A DNA stretch of 64,000 bases from Lama guanicoe (lineage: Eukaryota): contig MU053881.1 of NCBI GenBank assembly GCA_013239625.1, positions 8,641,957 to 8,705,956 on the forward strand. Direction: 5' to 3'. The translations under genes were made by a program, and so were the position numbers. The notes below the pieces were generated by a model. The model saw nothing but the letters and a program-made list of their open reading frames with translations. It was not told the origin of the DNA and ran no database searches. Below, piece by piece: positions 1 to 12,536 of the stretch. The stretch's first letter is position 1. Every line of letters starts with the position of its first letter.

Positions 1-563
1 GAAGGTAAGTGAATGAGCGGGAGCTCTGTAAATTGCATCAAGTCTATAAACTTTTTTGATGGGTGTACTCCTATCAGGGTATGCAATGTGTTAATTTGCA
101 AAGTATGTACACGTTCCCACTGCAGTAATAGACTGTGGAAATTGCAAAATGTCTCTTAGGAGGATGAAGAAAAATAAAACAGGATGTCTCATGTTTTCAG
201 CCTTCAACTGGATGGACTGCACCACACTCTGGATGCCACTGAGGCCGACTCCTTGGGGCCATGAGGGCAAGAGCTGAAATTCCCAGAGCGCAGGGACAGG
301 CACCTATGAGACTATCCACATTTTTGTTCAATAATCAGACTCATGGATCCTCCCATACCCTGCAACAGCTTCTGCCCTGAGGGAATTCTGACCAGTTAGT
401 AATTTTGGTGGGGGCGCATCACACACTTGTACTAATGTGAGGGGAGCATGACTCTATTCTCAGGAATCAGGCGGTCCATGTGCTCTTGCAGCCCCATCTA
501 ATCCCACAGTCTTTGCGCTGCATCAGGGAATAGCACAGAAAAACTCAGCTCAGGGGTTTAGAA

Positions 564-893
564 CAGAGGTCCGCAAACTTTTCCTGTAACGGGTCAGAGA
601 GGCTTTGTCCACCACATGGTCTCTGTCCAGCTAACCAGTGTTGCCCTCAAGGGCGAAAGCAACCACGGACAAAAACGTAGATGGACAGGCGCGGCTATGT
701 TCCAATAAAACTTTAGACATAGACACTGAAATCCGAATTCCACTTAGTTTTCATGTCTCATCATATATTCTTCTTTAGATTTTCTTTTCCCCAGCCATTA
801 AAAATGTAAAAACCATTTTTTTTGCTTGCAGGTTGGTATGAGAACAGGCAGTGGGTCGGATTTGGCCCCAGGGCTGTGGTTTACCAACCGCTG
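564..893 (+). mobile_element. hAT-Charlie DNA transposon fossil, MER58B-like
   Basis: Ends cagaggtccgcaaact...tttaccaaccgctg. Internal caataaaacttt and gacactgaaat motifs; TTAGAA-like flanks on both sides. Confidence 0.75.
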
Positions 894-1105
894 ATTAGAA
901 CGTGGACTTTGGAATCCGGGCTGGGTTTGGGTCATAGTTTGACTTTTGGTCATTTTAAAGACGTGTCATCTTTAAAATGTCACTTAATTGCTCTCTAGGT
1001 CTCAGTTTCCTCATCTGTAAAGTAACATCTCAAAGGGCTGTAAGGATGAAGGGACGCACCGCTTGTGACATCTTAGCTCAAGGTGAGTGCGAACTGTCGT
1101 CACTA

Positions 1106-1894
<789 letters not shown>

Positions 1895-2632
1895 TTAATT
1901 CCAGCTGGTGGCTCAGAATTGATGCTACCTCAAGAAAAATCTTTTCTTTCTTGTTTTTTTTTAGAAGTGCCTTCTGCAGAAGGGAAAATTCCCTATCAAC
2001 CCAGGATGGAGGCAGAGTGCCCTGTCTTTTGGAATTTTAAAGATAAATTTACAGGCGATTAGCATGCACTTCTTGTGACCAAGAGCTGGATGGGTCTGCT
2101 GGGCTGTTTTCCTATTTTTGTAGTCCTGAGTTTTAAGGGGCACTTGAAAATGTCAGCTGCTTCTCACTCAACCTATTTATGGCGTGATTTAAAAATACTG
2201 CAGGATCTGAAGGCTGTGGAAGGAGTAGGTGCTGAGTGCCATGAATCGGGGAAAGACAGAGGGATGTTTATGTCCATGGGGAAGGCGGTGAGGTTCGAGC
2301 GATCGTGATTTTGTGGTTTTTTCTTTGCTTTTTCTTTTTTAGGGGGATGTGTGACATCAACAGCCTACCTCATCCCCTAACTGCTCCAGCACCCAAAACA
2401 GCTGCAGCAACTACTCTTCCGACCTGAGCTTGGGCAAAGAGAGCCTGGATGAGGAGAGAGAGAGAGAGACAAAAAAAGCAGGGGGCAGTACAGAGGGATG
2501 GGGAGCGTCTCGGACAGAGAGCCTCTGTCACCCTTTATAATACCTAGAATCACAGAACTGGTAGGATGTGGCCACACTCATGAAACCTACTTGCTGGCAG
2601 GAATTCCTACGAATGTTTCTACTTCCCTTTCC

Positions 2633-2732
2633 TTTCACAGCTTTCTTGACGTGTAATTTACATACCATAAAATTCACCTGTTTTAAGTGTACGATGCCAT
2701 GACTTCTAGTGAATTTACAGAGTTGTGCAACC
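2633..2732 (-). mobile_element. Old L1M-type 3' end fragment
   Basis: taatttacataccataaaattcacc...ttttaagtgtac...tttacagagttgtgcaacc resembles ancient L1 3' UTR. Confidence 0.65.
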
Positions 2733-2766
2733 TACATATGTTTTCCTACTATGTTTAAATACACTT

Positions 2767-2923
2767 GGCGGGGAGGCACAGCTCAGTGGTAGAGTGTGTG
2801 CCTAGCGTGCATGGAGGTCCTGGGTTCAATCCCCAGCACCTTCATTCAAATAAATAAATAAAAACCTAATTACCCGCCCCTAAATAAATAAAAATAAAAG
2901 AAAGTGTATTGAATTCATAAAAA
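2767..2923 (+). mobile_element. tRNA-derived SINE (camelid Vic-1-like)
   Basis: A box agctcagtggtagag, B box ggttcaatccc, aaataaacctaattacc-type tail. TSD aaatacactt at 2757-2766 and 2924-2933. Confidence 0.85.
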
Positions 2924-4379
2924 AAATACACTTCAAATGACCATTAATTGTCCCTAGAAAGTAACTTTCCTGAGTATCTGTCTCTGTCTCTCTAATTCCA
3001 TCTCTACATCCGCTAGCATCTCTATCTCCATCCCTTTCTGTCTATTTTTAAAACACACGGAGTGCAGGGAGGATTGGGCGGAGGGATGAAGCGCTCTGGA
3101 ATGATGAAGGTAATTGATTTGAAACCCTTCTGGCCCGCGTCTTCCGGGTCGAAAGTGTGCCTCTGCCCCTTCTTCTCTCTCCAGCATTCCAGAGGCCATC
3201 ACCTGGCATCCTTCCTCTCTCCTCTCAAGTACCCCTTACAAGAATGCCAGTAAACCTAATTTGTGCATGTGGCAGAGGTGGGAATTTAAAGGGCTCCGCC
3301 TAAGAAGAAGGGTCTGGAGGGTCCGAAACTGAGTTGAAATTTACTTGTTTAAGGAGTTCCACTCCTCAGTGCTTGTTCCCTCCCATCCTTCCCAGCATGT
3401 GGTACGTGTTAGGACCAGAGAGAAATGGGCAAGCAACAGAGGAGAAGTTCTACGTGCAGAAGTCTCTGTAAGGAAGCTGAGCTGTCTTGAGAGGAGAAAC
3501 GAGGAGACAGTTATCAGGGGCTTTTTATGGTTTTTTTTGTTTTTTTTAAACCCTGCACAGCCCAGCACTAAATCCAGGACAGAAACAAAGCACCAGTGTT
3601 TGCATACCTGGAGAAAGACCTGCGGGTCCCCACACCTATCCTCACACAGCCAAGAGTCACATTTCCATTCCTTTCCTGACCAAGAAAGGCCCTGTCTGGA
3701 AGACCTGCGACTTTCCCCCGATTCATACTGTGAGAGAGGGCTGGGAGGGGAAGCCAGCCCTGGTGTCAGAGAAATGCCACAAGCAATTCTGCAGGAACAA
3801 ACTGCAACTGGGTAGGAGAAGCCCAAGGGCCACTGCACAGACGCCCAAGGAAAAGTGAGTATCTCCAACCTCCAGCCACCTCCAGCTTTATGATGTCCAC
3901 CAGCAGAGTTCTGGGGACTGGTCACAGACAACACACTACATGACAGCCCCACCAGCCTCTGATCTATCACATATGCTTTGTTACTCAGCTACTTTGAGGT
4001 CTCACGTTTGACGAAAATCATGCCCAAAGTCTCAACGGAAGCCTCACTGTGTAGGAAGCCCACGACCACGACATACAATTCAAATTTGCAAAGAACACTA
4101 GCATGTCAGTCAGAGATATGCACTCCAAATATGCCTGCTTCCAGACTGAACAAGGCTTCCCCCCAACCTTTTTTCTTTCTCTCTTGTTTCTCCCCCTCCC
4201 CCGACCAACTGAAGCGAGATAAACAGACCACAGTAGCGGGTTTTCTCCACATCATAGGAGGACGATGAAAACACGAACAGTGGGAAGCTGGCAAATCTCT
4301 GAGAAGTTCTGGGAATTAATGGACAGGACTTTGCTTTTTAGCTTGGAGAGGAAGAAAGCAGCCTCGGTAAGTGCGTGGC

Positions 4380-4392
4380 GTTGCTAGGCAAC
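4380..4392. promoter_or_regulatory. RFX X-box motif GTTGCTAGGCAAC
   Basis: Near-perfect palindromic RFX consensus; motif match only. Confidence 0.4.
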
Positions 4393-4752
4393 CCCAAGCT
4401 ACCCTCAGCACAAGTTCATTCTGCTGGTGGCCTTCCGAGGAGGTGATGTGTTGTGTTTGTAAAGTGCAAAGCCAGCTTCTGCTTAAGGGAAAACAAAACG
4501 TGGGAAGTAATTAGTCTGGAGGGCAAACGGGTATCAGGTGGCGGCCCTTCCCCGGGAGAGGAATCTACAACTGGAGTTGAACTGGGCTTTTGCGCTCAGA
4601 CTTGGGGATCCAAGAGGTCTCCTGCAGGGCATCCTCCGGATTTCCAGCCAGCTAGCACTGTTTCTTCCTTGAGTGCCTGCTCTGAGGCCACCGATACAGA
4701 AGGCCCCAAGGCACAGCTGTTGGGTTCTTTGTGCAGCTGGAGAGCCTTAGAC

Positions 4753-4952
4753 CAGTGATTCTCAACTGAGGCAGTCTTGTCCCCCATCCCTCCCTCCAGG
4801 GGACATTTAGCAATGTCTGGAGACATTTGCGATGATCACCCCTTTGGGAGGATGCTACTGACATCTGATGGGTAGAGGTTGCATAGGACAAGTCCCGCAA
4901 CAAAGGATGACACGGCCCCCAATGTCAGTAGTGCTGGGATCGAGAAACCCTG
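4753..4952 (+). mobile_element. hAT DNA transposon fossil, MER20-like
   Basis: Ends cagtgattctcaac...gagaaaccctg, internal gcaatgtctggagacattt. 8-bp TSD-like flanks ccttagac / cccttgac. Confidence 0.8.
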
Positions 4953-5228
4953 CCCTTGACCTGACCTGAAGCTGCATGAGATCTGAGACTTTCTAGGTTG
5001 CTGTTGGATCCCAGAGCCTGGCCCAACTTTAGGCACATCGTAGGTGCTTAAATGAATAGAAAACAATCAGGCGGGGCTAGATCATTTCAGCCTGGCCCTT
5101 GTCTACAGACTCTCCTGGGAGCTATGAGAAAACAGTGAGGACTCTTTCTCAAAGATCTAAGTCTTCTCCCCAGGGAGAACACTCAAGGGCATCTGTGATA
5201 TCTGGGGCTGGTCTTATCACACTTCCAG

Positions 5229-5358
5229 TGCCTTTGGTGGAGTGGAAATGGAATCGTCTCCAACACATCTCTATACATAGAATTCCAACCAGTAGGGAAA
5301 GAAAAATGCGCTGGCACAGTTACCAGGTAGGCATCCTTTTTGCCTTAATAAAAATTAG
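5229..5358 (+). repeat. Copy 1 of a diverged local duplication (paired with 6493-6632)
   Basis: Manual ungapped alignment gives 46/60 and 39/44 identities in two blocks. Confidence 0.9.
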
Positions 5359-5439
5359 AGCTGATGCAGAAATTGGGGTTTAAAGAATAACCCCCCCCCA
5401 GAAATAAAATAAAACCCAAATATACTGATACATTCAGAT

Positions 5440-6050
5440 GCCTCCTGAATTTTCAGCTCCAGTCCTCTGAACTCTGGACCTGGATCCCAACTTGCATCTC
5501 AACATCTCCATCTGTTCACTTACAAGCATCTTGAACTCAACAGAATTCAGCTTCTTGATCTTGCCCTCCCAAACTCTGATTCCTTGATCAATGAATGGCA
5601 CCGCCAGGTACCCCACTGCCCAAGTCTGAAACCTGGGAGTCACTGTTAATTACCCTCCCTGTTCCCACCTCTCTCCTCTCGTGTATCTACTCAACAACCA
5701 AGTCCTGCCTTAATTTTCCTCTTTACTATATGAAGCCCTGCTTTCCCTCCCTCCTAAATGTTCTCTGGAATCTGCCCTCTACTCCCACCGCTAATGCCAC
5801 TGTATTGACCTGAGCCATCCTCATCTTTGGTCTGGACCCCAGTCCAAACCTTCTAACTGGTCTCCTGCCTCCAGCCTTGCAGCATCATCCATTTCTCCCT
5901 GCTCTGGACGCCGCTGAAAACACATCTGTAGCTTTTCATTGTCCCTGGGGGTAAAGTCTGAAGTCCGGAACCTGGCTTCCAGGTCTTACACGAACTGGTT
6001 CTCACCACATCCGCCTCTCTCAATACCACTTTAGGGTCTGTGTAGACTGA
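5440..6050 (+). mobile_element. L2 LINE fragment
   Basis: caacatctccat...ttgaactcaacagaattc...aatggcacc...gaaacctgggagtca resembles the L2 ORF2 3' region. Confidence 0.7.
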
Positions 6051-6492
6051 AGTCATTTAGCCTTTACTTTCCCGTCTAACTTCAACCCATCCTTCACCCA
6101 AGTCATCCCCAGGGAGCCTTTCCAAAGCTCCCCAACCCAGGCTAGCTACCACTGTCATGGTGCCCTTATCCCATCCTGCCCTGTTCTGCCCCACCTTACC
6201 CTACCCGCTCCTACCCACCACCCTGGATCACAGCTGCCTGGCTAGCAGCCCTTCCTGAAGACATTTTATTGTCACCTGCAGGAAGACTGGTGTCATAAAC
6301 GTGCACATCGTCATTAACTACGGTTTGAATGGGGCCCCTAGAATTGTGCAGACATCTGGGCATTTCTGTTATGACGCAAACCTGTCAGGGCAGGGGCCAA
6401 GTCGATCTTGTTCACTTTTGGATTGCCAGTACTCGACACATAGTCAGGGGATGAATGAATGTAGGATTTCCGACTGAAATCAGCATCTCTGA

Positions 6493-6552
6493 TGCCCTTG
6501 GCAGAGCGGAAAAGGAACAGTTTTCAAGACTTTTCTACACAGAGAATTCCAA

Positions 6553-6583
<31 letters not shown>

Positions 6584-6632
6584 GCCGACACAGTTACCAG
6601 GTAGGCAGGCTTTCTGCTTTAACAAAAATTAG
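6493..6632 (+). repeat. Copy 2 of the diverged local duplication, containing an (AC)13 microsatellite at 6553-6578
   Basis: See 5229-5358; the AC run is directly visible. Confidence 0.9.
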
Positions 6633-8930
6633 GCACGAGCCAAATGTCTGCAGCCCAGTAAAAAGGGGAGCCTGGATGTACTTGAAGCAAGCTATAATTA
6701 CCATAAAAGGCTTTTCTAAAAAAGCATCCAGGAATGTTCTACCACGTGCAGCCATTTCGAGGAAGAAATAAGTGGCTCATACTGTAAAAGGGATGTGGAA
6801 AAAGAAGCAGGATTTTACCATTCAACATCAGGCACACCTTAGAAAAGCAGCGAGGATCCGCCGAGATGGGAAGGCAAGGGAAAACCCGAAACAGGCCGCA
6901 TGTCAGTGCAGACAGATGACAAAGAAAGCCGCAGGAGCGACACGTCGGGCCCTGCTTGGTTCAAGAGACCATCAGGGCAGCTGCCGCAGCCGGAGCTAAG
7001 CCCCTGTGCGAAGTCTTTTCTGAATCAAGAGGAAAACCTCGGCTTGGTTTGGACTCAGAGTTCTGAGATTAAAACCTGGCTCTGCCTCTTGACCTGGAAC
7101 TGGTCGATTCACCTCTCACCCCCGTTCAAAAAACTGTATGTCTCGCTAATGAATCTTACTTATTGTCCTTCCCAATAGAATGCAACCCACACAAGAGCTA
7201 GGATTTTTGCCTCTTTTGTTCCCTGAGGTATCCTCAGAGCCTAGAAAAATAGCTGGCATGTAAGAGACATGCAGCCAAGGTCTGTCGAATGACTTTACAG
7301 GGATGATGGTAACACTTCACTATATACAGAGGTCAGAGGGGTTAAAGGAAATGATAAAAGGCTAAGATTTTAGTAGAGAGCTTGGCACATCGTAAATGCT
7401 CCACAGATCGTACCCCTTCAGTTGCTCGTGTTAATTTAATTGTTGATATTACAAATAGTAAAATTAGCAGTAGCCTTTTTCTCTGGGGGCATAGTTTGAA
7501 GGGCAAGGTCATTTCTTTTTGCCCAAGAGTCTACCCTATTTCAAATGAAAAAAGCGGAGGTTTCTGGGGGTGTCCTGCGTGTGTGATTATATCACAGCAT
7601 AGGATATCCTCATTCCTCTTTGTCTGCCCCGCTCCAGGAATCCAGCCATGCCACTACAAGTGTTTTCAGGAAACCCACTTATGCTAAAGGTGATTCTGTG
7701 GGGCTGGAGAGTTGAAAGTGAAATACGGGGTGGCCTTTTCTTTGGGGCAGCGTTGTACTTTTGCTTGTAAACTTAATTAGTGAACCCCCCCTCCCCCGAC
7801 TATTTTAAACATCACTATTTTCTGAGAGCTGTGCCTTGTTGGAATTATGGAGCAGACGAAGATTGGAAATACAGCACAGAGACTGCCATTGCATTCCAGA
7901 ACTCTTTTAGAGTTGAAAACAGCTGAGGTGCTGGGGCCCAGGGATCACCAGGGGTTTGGTGGCCATTTATACTAAATAGCAGTGGCAAAGGCTCAGAAAA
8001 TTAATCTGGTGTTTCGAGACACTCTGGGGAAAACTCCAGCTAATTTTAGGAGGCTGCCAAAGCAGCATTCTGGTCCCCAGAACACAGCAAGGCTTGTCCT
8101 CTTGCTCATCTGCGTGAGCAGGAGGGAGACTTGTTTCCAGGCACAAACTGGCGTGGACGTTCAGCCATGAACCTGAGCTGGAACAGCTGCCCCTGCTTTG
8201 TCAGAGAAGACTCGGAAAGCCCGGGGGCAGATGTTCCTCATCGTTGCAGCCGTGTGTGTATGCCTTTGAGGGTCTGCGTAGGGGCGAGTATGCTGGGGAG
8301 GGCGGGCAAGGCCAGTGCTCCTTTCCGTTGTCAGCTGCTCCTTTTTGGCTCGTGAGGCAGAAATCATGCCCCTCCACCCCTGCAGCCACAGAAACAGCAG
8401 AGCTTCCGTGAGGTGAGACACATTTGGATCCAGCTATCAAGGCTGCATGTTTCCTGGATGCACCTGGATTCTCACTGATCAGCACCATTTCTGTCTGCCT
8501 GGGAAAAGGAAGGCAGTGGGGCTCAGCCTTGGCTTCAGAAAAAAATATAAATCTTATTTTATTTTTTACTGTTTTGGTGCTTCAAGTTCTTACGAATTTT
8601 TTTTGAAGTAGAAGATTACGAGGGGAGGAAACAGCGCCTAGGCAGCGGTAACTGGGAGCGAACTCTCACGTCAGTTACTTAGAGAATTAGGACTGAATCA
8701 CTGTCACCCGGTAGCACTGGGGTCCGACACAAGTCTGTGCTTTCCGCGGTGGGGCGCCTGCTTTCTTCCCCTGGAACATCACCCTTCTTTATCCAACTTC
8801 ACCCAGTCAAAGGAGGGCGTTGTGGGTAGCGATGAGCGCATACTGGCGGGTTGCTAAGGCACACACCAAAGGCAACCACGCTGAAACCCGCTGAAGATAT
8901 ACCTCGGGTTTCTCCCCCTGCCTGAGATCA

Positions 8931-9093
8931 CAGCTGTGCTTCTCAAGGTGTCCCCTGGGAACTTGTCAGAAAAGTACCTCCTTGGATGCCGTCCCAGACT
9001 CACGATGCAGGACCTCTGGGGGGTGGGGCCCGGCAACGTGCATTTTAACAAGCTCTCCAGCAGGTTCTGACGGCTGCTCTGTGAGAAGCACTG
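8931..9093. mobile_element. MER5A-like hAT fossil
   Basis: gtgcttctcaag...tgcattttaacaagctctccag...tgagaagcactg termini and core. Confidence 0.7.
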
Positions 9094-9435
9094 CTTTAGG
9101 ATGAAGCCCTGACTCCCTAGAAGGACCTCCGAGGCCCTGTGTGACCTGCCCATCTCTCCCCTTCTCATCTGTCACTTGAGGCTCTGCTCTTGGACCTTCA
9201 GCCACGCTGCCCTGCTCTGCTCTAGAACGCAGCCTGGACCCTCCTCCTTTTGGGTTTTTGCACATCCCTCTGCCTAAACTCTGCTCCCTGCACTCACCTT
9301 GGCTTTCGTCAGCGCCTGCTCAGGGAAGGCTTGCTGACTCCCCAGCTCAGGGCTCCTCCCCCATCATACGACTCCACAGCACCGCCTACTGCTTTTAAAA
9401 CGCTCACCATCTTTCTATTCACCCTTTGTTTACAG

Positions 9436-9612
9436 CAGTGGATGTGTCCCAACGTGACTGCATGTTAGAAACACCTGGGAGCCTTGAAAAATCTCCCTGC
9501 TGGGCTGCACCCTGATCAGATCAGAGTCTTTGAGGTTGAGGCCCAGGCATCAGTGTTTTGATTTCTTGAGCTCCCCAAGCGGTTCCCATGAGCGGTTGAG
9601 GTTGAGAACCTG
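9436..9612. mobile_element. MER5-like hAT fossil
   Basis: cagtgg...ttagaaacacctgggagcctt...gcccaggcatcagtgtttt...agctcccca...gttgagaacc. Confidence 0.65.
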
Positions 9613-10589
9613 TGGGTAGATGCCCATCTTCCTAGGAGCCTCCAAGCCTCCTGAGGGCAAAGACTCTGAGGCTGTTGTACAGACTGCTTTCCCAGTACCT
9701 GGCATGAAAGGTATTTGTGAAACAAACGCACAGATAAACCCTGTGTTGATCCCACTGCTCCACTGCGTCCTTGACTGGGCAGCCAGGTAAAGGGAAAAAG
9801 CTTCCCACAGGCCACGTCCCCCAGCCCCGGGATGAACCACACCTCCCCCAGCAGAAGAAAACAGCTGGTTTGCGGCACAGGGTCTGAAGCCAAGCTGGTG
9901 ACGGCGGCTGTGGACAAGTGATACCCATGCCTTTTGACTTGCAGGAAGCTGATACCTTCTGCCTGAAAGGGACAGGACGGAGCACCCAGCGAGGCAGAGG
10001 AGGGGCACGTTGGTAGATTAAGAGGGTGACAAGAGTTCCATAAAGGCAGGGATGACAATAATAAGAAAGCCCAGCGGTTTAATTTGGTTCTTGGAGGATA
10101 ATCAAGTTGTAGCTCATGTGGCTTATTCCCACAGCTGTCCAGCAAGTAATGAATGTGGTACCTACTCGCTATGGAAATAGGGACAAAGGCACGACTTTGA
10201 TTTCTTATTTGTTGTTTCTAACCATCCAATTTCTACACCCACTGAGCATCCGTATAGCCACAGGAGGGTCATAAAAATACAAATAACACCTAGGAGGCCT
10301 GTGGGCACGGACTTGTTACTTACAACAGGGCTGACGGCTCTCTTTTAACTGGTGTAAAGCCAGGCCAATGATAAATTGCCGTATATATTCCTCTGTTGTT
10401 GCCGTTTCCAGCACAACGTTACAAAACGTAAGGAAATCACTAAATGTTTGTTTCTTATAGATGTTAAAAGCGCCGGGCAAAGAATCTGCCCCAGGACTGT
10501 AACTCTGGGTTTTAGGAAGCTTCTAATATAATGACAGCAATACATACAAACGTGCCTGTGTGCCTGGCAGTCTCTCATAGGCCTCCCAT

Positions 10590-10770
10590 GCACTGGCGTA
10601 TTTAATTGTTACAACCACCCTATGGCGTAGGTGCTGTTATTGTTCCCATTGTATAGGTGAGGAAGTGGAGGCACAGAGAGGTTAAGTAACTTGGCCAAAG
10701 TTGCACAGCTGGCCAGGGGTGGAGCCAGGATCCGACGTCAGGCATCAGACGGGCCTCCAGAGTTTCTGCT
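10590..10770 (-). mobile_element. MIR SINE
   Basis: MIR core: ggtgaggaagtggaggcacagagaggttaagtaacttggccaaagttgcacagct. Confidence 0.8.
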
Positions 10771-11369
10771 CTCAACGAGGGGGGCCAACCATCCCCAACC
10801 ATTTGTCCGGGACTGTCTCGGTTTTAGCACTGCAAGCTCTGAGTCCCGGGAACCCCTTCCGTCCCAGGCCGCCTGGGACATCACCAGGGACAGGGAGCGA
10901 GGACTGGGCTCTTCATGGGCGGTCATGGAGGCGAACAGCCTCCCCCTCCCCCGCCCAAGGGCAAGAGAGAGGGCACAGACTTTTATATCGAGCTACTTGT
11001 GGGGATGTCGGGCCCCCCAGCAGTGCCTGCTGCCTGCTTGGGCCAAGGCCCCTGGGCAGCCCAGGAACCGCGCGGCCGTACAGAGGCCGAGGCAGTGGGC
11101 TCTCAGGCTGCCTGAGTTCAGTTCTCGGCTCCACCCCTTGGGCCCAAAATTGCAAGCTCTTTATTCCCTTAGGTTCTTCATCTATGAAACCAGGGCAATA
11201 AGAGTGTCTATCCTACAAGGTTGTTGGAGTTTCAAAGAGAATACACGTCACACACTTAGCATGACTGTTAATATGTACTGATGCACATAAAGCCAGCTGA
11301 CGTGTGAGCCACATGTAAATATGCGCACAGTAAATTTCCCAGAACTGACAGCTCTTCTTACTACGGTTG

Positions 11370-11413
11370 TCATTAAAAGTAATCTCACATTCATTAAAAG
11401 TAATCTCACATTC
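11370..11413. repeat. Perfect 21-bp tandem duplication (tcattaaaagtaatctcacat x2)
   Basis: Directly visible; also appears as ECEITFN twice in ORF 11213..11497. Confidence 0.95.
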
Positions 11414-12536
11414 GTAGCGGCAGGGTCTTGTGTGGCTTAGGAGAGCTTTTGGTTTGCACTTGAACTGGCGATGGATGGGGAGGGAGTATACATACACAAG
11501 ACCGGCACAGGCAGCAGAGCACAGACCCCAGGAAGGTGCCCTCCAAAGACGGAGAGAGAAATGAGAAAAGCGAAGTCATTTCCCAAGAGCTCCATGAGGA
11601 AGACCGGCACGTACTGGATGTGACACGTTATCTACAGACTCCCCCTTAAAACACAGGAGGCATGTGAGAGGAAACGGAAGGGCCCCACGGCTCAGCCGTC
11701 TCATTCAGGCTCCAAAACAATGTGTGTCCGCAGAGAGGAGGGGTCTGGCTGGGGTGTGGAAGGGGAGCTGCGGGGCAGGGGAGCGCCAGGTCAACTCGGC
11801 AGTGAGCGCGCCCCGCCGGACCTCGGGCAGTCAAGGCGGGCCCCGTGCCACCTGCGCGCGCAGACCAGGGGCTCAGCGCGTCACCTCCTCGTTATTCTAG
11901 GGGGCCATTTCTAGGGCCATATCAAGTTTGACTGACCATCAATTGTGGCTGAAAACTCCGAAGCTCAGAGAGGTTAATTAATTTGCTCAGGGTCATATTC
12001 ATGGCAAACGGTGGCTTGAGAGTTTGTACCCAGGCCCGTCCAACTCTGAGCCCCTCTAACTGGGTAGGGAGGAGCCTGCAGGGAGAAGGGGCCTCGGAAC
12101 AGCACACTCCTTGCTTTGACTCCTTGCTTCCTGGCCCATCTTCTGATTTTAACTTCAATTCCCACTGAGATTTCCCTTGAGGGGGAGAACACGCTGAGGT
12201 GGAGATGTGGGTTTTCTTAACGTGGATTCATGAACAGCCATTTGGGGTTTATAGGGTTTCGAGTGTGAGGGAGTGCGTGAATACAGCCACGGTGGAGTCT
12301 CTGAAGCCGAGAAGTGGACAGTGTGCCGTGAAGAATGTCCTGCTGCGTGCCCTCCTGCCTGAGGGGTTTGCTGGTCCCCAGGAGCGTGTGGCCCTGGGTC
12401 TCCTGCTTTACCCCCACCCTTGTGTCTAGTGTGTGGGAATCAGGGAATGAAAGGATTTCTACAGGAGAAATTCCAACCCAACAGCAAGTACCTGTGGAGT
12501 TGTTACAATACGCCAATTTCTGGAAGAAGCTAACGA

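Noticed and set aside
2767..2845. tRNA gene
   Set aside because: The A and B boxes belong to a SINE head with an AT-rich tail and TSD, repeated five times in the window.
6743..6810. Strong minus-strand acceptor (cttctttttccacatcccttttacag)
   Set aside because: Immediate stop at phase 1 and only a weak donor nearby; indistinguishable from a pseudo-acceptor.
12455..12480. Possible third copy of the 5229/6493 duplication (tttctacaggagaaattccaacc)
   Set aside because: Similarity is limited to about 20 nt and the conserved core is absent.
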